Positions 58,853-64,000 of a stretch of DNA of 64,000 nt are shown one piece after another. The notes beneath the pieces were generated by a model. The model saw nothing but the letters and a program-made list of their open reading frames with translations, ran no database searches and had not been told where the DNA came from. Positions within the stretch are counted from its first letter, which is position 1. Every line of letters starts with the position of its first letter. This DNA comes from an uncultured Actinomycetes bacterium (GTDB lineage: Bacteria > Actinomycetota > Thermoleophilia > UBA2241): the NCBI GenBank assembly GCA_963725665.1, contig CAVRZA010000011.1:384001-448000 (forward strand), in the 5' to 3' direction. Made by a program: the position numbers and the translations under genes.

Positions 58853-60736
58853 ATGGGGATCATGCGGAGTCTGCTTCGTCCGCACGAGGGCCGCCGACGT
58901 TGGGCACTGCTGCTCGTGGTGCCGCTTCTGCTCACGGCGGGTCTGCTCTGGGGTCTGACCAGCGCTCTCGCCGAGAGCGCCAGCCCGTCACCGGCGGCTG
59001 GCAAGGTCGTGCTGCACGTCGGCATCGCCAGCAGCAAGTTCGACACCCTCAATCCATTCACCGGCTACGCGACGCCGTCCTACGAGGTCTGGCACCTCAA
59101 CTACGACATGCTCTACGGTTACTCGGCGAAGGACCTCGCGCCGGTCCCCGAGCTGGCTGCCGAGATGCCGCAGGTCTCGCCCGACGGCAAGACGGTCACG
59201 GTCAAGTTGCGCTCCGGTGTGAAATGGCAGGACGGCGTGCCCTTCACGGCCAAGGACGTGGCCTTCACCTACAACTACGTCATCGACAACCACCTGGGCT
59301 ACGTGAGCGGCTACACGCTGCTCATCAAGAGCGTCGAGGCGCTCGACGACACGACGGTGGTCTTCCACCTGAGCAAGCCGAAGGCCAACTTCGAGCGCAT
59401 GTGGGTCGTCATCCTGCCCGAGCACATCTGGAGCAAGGTACCGCCCAAGGCGGCCGCGAACACGTTCGCCAACAAGCCGCCCATCATCGGCACGGGGCCC
59501 TTCGAGACCGTGCGTACCGAGGGCGGCCTGCAGACCGTCGTCATGGACGCCAACCCGGACTACTGGCGCGGTCGCCCGAAGATCGACGAGATCGTCTTCA
59601 ACGTCTACGAGAATCCCGACAACATGGTCGCCGACCTGCGCTCCGGCGCCATCGACGTCGCCTACGGTGTGCCACCGGCGCAGATGCCCGGCCTCAAGTC
59701 CGACTCGAACGTGGCGGCGATCGCATACGTCACCAGGACGTTCAACTACCTGGGCATGAACTGCTACGCGAAGCCCACGTCGTTGGGCAACCCAGTACTT
59801 CGCGATCCGCGGTTCCGGCAGGCGCTCAACTGGGCCGTCGACAAGCAGCGCCTCATCCAAACGGCGGAGATGGGGTTCGCCGTGCCTGGCGACACCGTGG
59901 TCGTCGGGGCGAAGTATGGGAGCATCGACTACCACTACACCGTGCCGAACGACCAGAAGTTCACGTTCGACCTCAATAAGGCGAAGGCGGCCCTCGACGC
60001 GGCCGGCTACACCGACACCAACGGCGACGGCATACGCGACTACAAGGGCAAGGACATCGAGCTGCGCCTCTGGGCGCGCAATCAGTCGGACTACAGCCAG
60101 AAGGTAGGCCGGCTGCTGACGGGCTGGCTCGAGAGCATCGGTCTCAAGATCGACTTCTCCGTCATGGACGAGGGGGTGATCAACGACCGCCTCTACAACA
60201 CGACGAAGTCCGGCGCCTACGCGCCCGACTACGACGTGTACATCTGGGACTGGTTCGGCTACGCGGACCCCGGTGACACGCTGGTCTCGTGGACTACCCA
60301 GCAGATCTACAACGGCTGGAACGACGCCTGCTGGTCGAACCCGCAGTACGACACGCTGTTCGACCAGCAGCAGTCGATGGTCGACCTGCAGACCGGCGCC
60401 TTCGACAACGTCCCCAGGCGCGACGTGGTCTGGCAGATGCAGGACATCTTCTACAAGGACAGCCCCTACATCGTCCTCGACTACCCGCAGACCCTCGAGG
60501 CCTACAACACCTCCAAGTGGGAGGGCTGGGTGCGGCCTAGCAACGAGGGCGTCGTCATGCTCAACGACAACATCGACACCTACCTCTCCGTCCATCCCAA
60601 GACCGCCGCGGCAACGACGGGAGGCGGCAGCAACACTGCCGCCATCGTGGGCGGCGTCATCGCCGCCGCCGTAGTCGTCGGTGTGATTGTTTGGCTGGTG
60701 CGTCGCCGTCGCGGGCCGAGGGCTGAAGAGGTGTGA
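58853..60736 (+). CDS. Family-5 (peptide/nickel) ABC substrate-binding protein with a C-terminal TM anchor
   Basis: PELA, KWQDGVPFTAKDV, IGTGPF, FRQAL..AVD; C-terminal hydrophobic helix followed by RRRR. Confidence 0.92.
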   Translation: MGIMRSLLRPHEGRRRWALLLVVPLLLTAGLLWGLTSALAESASPSPAAGKVVLHVGIASSKFDTLNPFTGYATPSYEVWHLNYDMLYGYSAKDLAPVPELAAEMPQVSPDGKTVTVKLRSGVKWQDGVPFTAKDVAFTYNYVIDNHLGYVSGYTLLIKSVEALDDTTVVFHLSKPKANFERMWVVILPEHIWSKVPPKAAANTFANKPPIIGTGPFETVRTEGGLQTVVMDANPDYWRGRPKIDEIVFNVYENPDNMVADLRSGAIDVAYGVPPAQMPGLKSDSNVAAIAYVTRTFNYLGMNCYAKPTSLGNPVLRDPRFRQALNWAVDKQRLIQTAEMGFAVPGDTVVVGAKYGSIDYHYTVPNDQKFTFDLNKAKAALDAAGYTDTNGDGIRDYKGKDIELRLWARNQSDYSQKVGRLLTGWLESIGLKIDFSVMDEGVINDRLYNTTKSGAYAPDYDVYIWDWFGYADPGDTLVSWTTQQIYNGWNDACWSNPQYDTLFDQQQSMVDLQTGAFDNVPRRDVVWQMQDIFYKDSPYIVLDYPQTLEAYNTSKWEGWVRPSNEGVVMLNDNIDTYLSVHPKTAAATTGGGSNTAAIVGGVIAAAVVVGVIVWLVRRRRGPRAEEV

Positions 60737-60787
60737 GCCTCCGCACGCAGCGGATTCCAGCGCCCTCGAGGTCTGGGGAAGGGGCGT

Positions 60788-60837
60788 GAACGAGCGGGGC
60801 GGCGGCCCTTCCTGAAGGGCCGCCGCCCCGCTCGTTC
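60788..60837. terminator. Bidirectional terminator-like hairpin
   Basis: Perfect 24-bp inverted repeat between convergent genes. Confidence 0.8.
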
Positions 60838-60857
60838 GTCTCTCGCGCTACGCTAGG

Positions 60858-61367
60858 TCAGGCGAGCCCTGCCGCGAATGAGAGGTAGGGGCGCCAGGAG
60901 TCGTGGACGTCGTCGACCTGCAGCAGGATGAAGCCGAACGGCCCCGGCGTGCGCGGCGCGCGCCGAAGAGTCATGTTGGCGGCGTGAGGCAGCCGGTCGC
61001 CTTTGCGCAGGTTGCAGGGCGCGCATGAGGTGACGACGTTCTCCCAACTGTCGTCGCCGCCTTTGGAGCGCGGGACCACGTGGTCGACCGTGAGGTGCTT
61101 GTCGCTGCCGCAGTACTGGCAGCGGTAGCGGTCGCGGGCGAAGACGGCGCGACGCGAGATGCGCTTGCTGGCCGCCCGCGGCACGTGCACGTAGTGACGC
61201 AGTCGGATGACGTGCGGGACGGCGTAGGTGCAGCGCTCGGAGCGGTAGTGGGTGCCGGAGCGCTCGAGGGTCTCCGCCTTGTCCTTGAGCAAGAGGACGA
61301 GGGCGCGCCTGGCCGAACACACGTTGAGCGGCTCATAGGTGGTGTTCAGCACCAAGACCTTCGACAT
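60858..61367 (-). CDS. HNH endonuclease (McrA/HNH_5-like)
   Basis: VLVLNTTYEPL, RDRYRCQYCG, TVDHVVPRSKGG, WENVVTSCAPCN. Confidence 0.92.
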   Translation of the reverse strand: MSKVLVLNTTYEPLNVCSARRALVLLLKDKAETLERSGTHYRSERCTYAVPHVIRLRHYVHVPRAASKRISRRAVFARDRYRCQYCGSDKHLTVDHVVPRSKGGDDSWENVVTSCAPCNLRKGDRLPHAANMTLRRAPRTPGPFGFILLQVDDVHDSWRPYLSFAAGLA

Positions 61368-61536
61368 CGCCACGAAATGATACCATCCGCGGCGCGATCG
61401 GCCTTGGGGGAGGGCGGGCGCGTCGGCGTGCCGGAGACGTTGGCGGCCCGGCGGGCGTCGCCCCTGTGAGCGCGGCGATGGCCCGGACCGGCGTGGGTCG
61501 TGTGAGCGCGGCGAAGGCGAGGGATACACTAGCCCC

Positions 61537-62904
61537 GTGCGCCCGAACCTCTTCGACACTCCCGACGAGCGGCGCGCGGCCGAGGCGCCGCTCGCGGCGC
61601 GCATGCGGCCGCGCGTCCTGTCCGAGTTCGTGGGACAGGAGGGCATCGTGGGAGCCGGCAGCGTGCTTCGCGCCGCCATCGAGCGCGGGGAGCTCTTCTC
61701 GATGCTCTTCTGGGGCCCGCCGGGGACGGGCAAGACGACCCTCGCGCGGGTGATCGCGGCCGAGACCGACGCGCGTTTCTCGCAGCTCTCGGCGGTGAGC
61801 GCCGGCACGGCCGACGTGCGCGCTGCCATCCAGGCCGCGCGCGAGGCGCGCGGCCTCTCGGGGCAGCGCAGCATCCTCTTCATCGATGAGATCCACCGCT
61901 TCAACAAGGCGCAGCAGGACGCCGTGCTGCCCGCGGTGGAAGACGGCGACGTCTACCTCATCGGGGCGACCACGGAGAACCCCTACTTCGAGGTCAACTC
62001 CGCCCTGCTCTCGCGCTGCCAGCTCTACCGCTTCGAGCCCCTGGGGCCGGAGGAGGTCGAGCTGCTCGTGCGCCGGGCGCTCGAAGAGCCCGAGCGTGGC
62101 CTCGGCGGCCTGCCGCTGAGCGTCGGCGACGAAGAGGTCGCCTTCCTCGTCGAGGTGGCGCACGGTGACGCGCGCGTGGCGCTCAACGCCCTCGAGGCCG
62201 CCGCGCGCGCCCGCGGCGCGGCGCGCGGCGGTCCCGTCGTCGTCCTCACGCTCGACGACCTGCGCGACGCCGCCCAGAAGAGCCCGGTGACCTACGACCG
62301 CGAGGACGCCCACTACGACACCATCTCGGCCTTCATCAAGTCGATGCGTGGCAGCGACCCCGACGCCGTGGAGTACTACCTCGCCTCGATGCTCGCCGGG
62401 GGCGAGGATCCCAAGTTCATCGCGCGCCGCATCATCATCTTCGCCAGCGAGGACGTCGGAAACGCCGATCCCCGGGCCCTCGAGGTTGCCGTGGCGGCGG
62501 CGCGGGCCGTGGAGTTCGTCGGCATGCCCGAGTGTCGCATCAACCTGAGCCAAGCGGCCTTGTACATGGCGCTGGCGCCCAAGAGCAACGCCGCCTACAC
62601 GGCGATCGACGCGGCGCTCGCCGACGTGCGCCGCGAGGGCAACGAGCCGCCGCCCATCGATCTGCGCGATGCTAACTACCCCGGTTCGAAGAAGCTCGGC
62701 CACGGCGCGGGCTACAAATACCCGCACTCGTTCGGCGGCTGGGTGCAGCAGCAGTACCTGCCCGACAAAGCCGCCGGGCGGCGCTACTTCGCTCCTCGAG
62801 CCGGGCGCGAGATGGAGATGGCTCGCCGGCTCGAGGAGCTCAAGCGCCGCCTCCAGCCAGGCTCAGAGGCTAAAGCGGAGCCGCCCGACAGCCGAGACAA
62901 GTAG
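61537..62904 (+). CDS. rarA: Replication-associated recombination protein A
   Basis: PLAARMRP, GPPGTGKTT, DEIHRFNKAQQD, GATTENP, SAFIKSMRGSD. Confidence 0.96.
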   Translation: MRPNLFDTPDERRAAEAPLAARMRPRVLSEFVGQEGIVGAGSVLRAAIERGELFSMLFWGPPGTGKTTLARVIAAETDARFSQLSAVSAGTADVRAAIQAAREARGLSGQRSILFIDEIHRFNKAQQDAVLPAVEDGDVYLIGATTENPYFEVNSALLSRCQLYRFEPLGPEEVELLVRRALEEPERGLGGLPLSVGDEEVAFLVEVAHGDARVALNALEAAARARGAARGGPVVVLTLDDLRDAAQKSPVTYDREDAHYDTISAFIKSMRGSDPDAVEYYLASMLAGGEDPKFIARRIIIFASEDVGNADPRALEVAVAAARAVEFVGMPECRINLSQAALYMALAPKSNAAYTAIDAALADVRREGNEPPPIDLRDANYPGSKKLGHGAGYKYPHSFGGWVQQQYLPDKAAGRRYFAPRAGREMEMARRLEELKRRLQPGSEAKAEPPDSRDK

Positions 62905-62909
62905 CCGGG

Positions 62910-63308
62910 ATGGGCAGCATGGTCGCTATCTGGCTGGCGTTCTTCGCCGCTGCCGCGGTGGCGCTCTGCGTCGTGTGGTGGCTGGCTGGGCGTGCCAAGC
63001 GCAAGCTCGACGCAGACAGCAAGAACGATCGCCGCCACCTTATCTCCGACCTCGACGTGCCGCCGGCGATCGCCAGCCGGCTGGCCGAGTTCACTCCGGA
63101 GCCGATCTTCCTCAAGCAGGGCGACGACGGCGTGCGCGTGCAGCTCGAGAACAAGCCGTTCATCCCGCTCCACTTCCTGACCGACCAGGGCACCGCCGGC
63201 GCGATGCGCCAGGTCGCGCTTGCCGTCAGCCAGCGGTTCGGACCGCGCTGGGCATGCCTGGTGACCGCGCGTCCCGACGGCAAGGTGACCATTCGCCGCC
63301 TGACCTAG
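62910..63308 (+). CDS. Hypothetical protein with an N-terminal TM helix
   Basis: Hydrophobic N-terminus; starts 5 nt after the rarA stop. Confidence 0.75.
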   Translation: MGSMVAIWLAFFAAAAVALCVVWWLAGRAKRKLDADSKNDRRHLISDLDVPPAIASRLAEFTPEPIFLKQGDDGVRVQLENKPFIPLHFLTDQGTAGAMRQVALAVSQRFGPRWACLVTARPDGKVTIRRLT

Positions 63309-63479
63309 CCGCCTCGCCCGATTGCGGCCGCCTCACCTGAGAGGGCAAGTCCTTCCCGTCTCGTATACAGGACTGTACACGGCTCAAGAATCCTGTAGAT
63401 TCTGTCGAAGAACACGAGGCTGGCCGGGCCGACGTCTGGCGACATGTGAGAAGCGCTGGGGAGCGCTCAAGGAGGCACG

Positions 63480-64000
63480 ATGAGACGGCTACTGAGATTC
63501 CTGTTCGGTGCTGCGCTGGGGGCGTCCGTCGCCATGCTCGCGACACCCAAGACCGGCCGCGAGCTGCGCGAGCAGCTCCTCGGCCCCGAAGCGCGCAAGC
63601 TGATGCCGGCGCGGCTGGCCGAGCTCATCGCGCCGCCCGAGGCGGGGCCCGCGTGGCCTGAGGAGCGCGTCGGCGAGGGCTACGAAGAACGTGTCTACGT
63701 CGCGCCTGTGGTCACGCCCGCTCCTCCCATCGAGGAGCCTGAGCTGGCCGCGTGGAGTGGAGATGCCGCGGAGACGGCGGTCGAGGAGGCGCCCGTCGAG
63801 GTCGTCGAGGCCGAGGGGCCGGCCGTCTTCGAAGAGGATCTGCGTGCGCGTATGGACGAGACCAAGGCGGCCATCGTCAGCGAGATCGACCGGCCGTTCG
63901 AGGCCGCACCGGGTGCGGTGGCGGCGGGGGTCGTAGCCGAAGAGGCCGTCGCCGAGGCCGAGGTCGCCGACGAGGTCGCCGAGGAGGCCGTCGCCGAGGC
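63480..64000 (+). CDS. YtxH-domain protein with an acidic tail (partial, runs off the window)
   Basis: AAGGAGG RBS; MRRLLRFLFGAALGASVAMLATPKTGRELREQL. Confidence 0.8.
   Translation, partial: MRRLLRFLFGAALGASVAMLATPKTGRELREQLLGPEARKLMPARLAELIAPPEAGPAWPEERVGEGYEERVYVAPVVTPAPPIEEPELAAWSGDAAETAVEEAPVEVVEAEGPAVFEEDLRARMDETKAAIVSEIDRPFEAAPGAVAAGVVAEEAVAEAEVADEVAEEAVAE

Noticed and set aside
60858-61367. HNH gene as a mobile or defence element
   Set aside because: Matches the widespread chromosomal VLVLNxxYEPL HNH family, has host-like codons and no mobile context
61544-61555. CGAAC...TTCG near the rarA start as a LexA box
   Set aside because: Does not fit CGAAC-N4-GTTCG and lies within the coding sequence

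Overview
GC-rich bacterial chromosome segment. Gene content and promoter style suggest a deep-branching Actinomycetota such as Thermoleophilia (inference). In order it holds: (1) an accessory stretch of small genes and gene remnants at 0.2-4.1 kb; (2) a trehalose module (zinc-ribbon peptide, beta-PGM/T6P-phosphatase fusion, GH65); (3) a lipidated pseudopilin-like gene and cbiQO; (4) an ECF sigma/anti-sigma pair running into a FASII-ACC operon (fabZHDGF-accD-accA); (5) a thiol/redox cluster; (6) a CadC-CadA operon ending in a probable Uxx-star selenoprotein, divergent from mntH-usp; (7) two paralogous membrane-anchored NapC/NrfH-headed multiheme cytochromes with about 20 and 12 heme motifs, built from the same repeat modules; (8) a 17-kb polyphosphate/Pho island (ppk1, sixA, CYTH-CHAD, ppx, ppk2, DUF47, phoBR, pstSCAB-phoU, two unknown genes, arsC) with a readable CTAAC-N6 PHO-box motif; (9) cell-wall enzymes and rmlACDB; (10) an orphan peptide-binding protein, HNH, rarA and a partial YtxH gene. 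Several genes carry single-base frameshifts in short G/C runs, which may be sequencing errors. No rRNA, tRNA, CRISPR array or intact mobile element was recognised. The best candidates for something new are the modular heme-wire cytochrome pair, the metal-operon selenoprotein and the extended Pho regulon.
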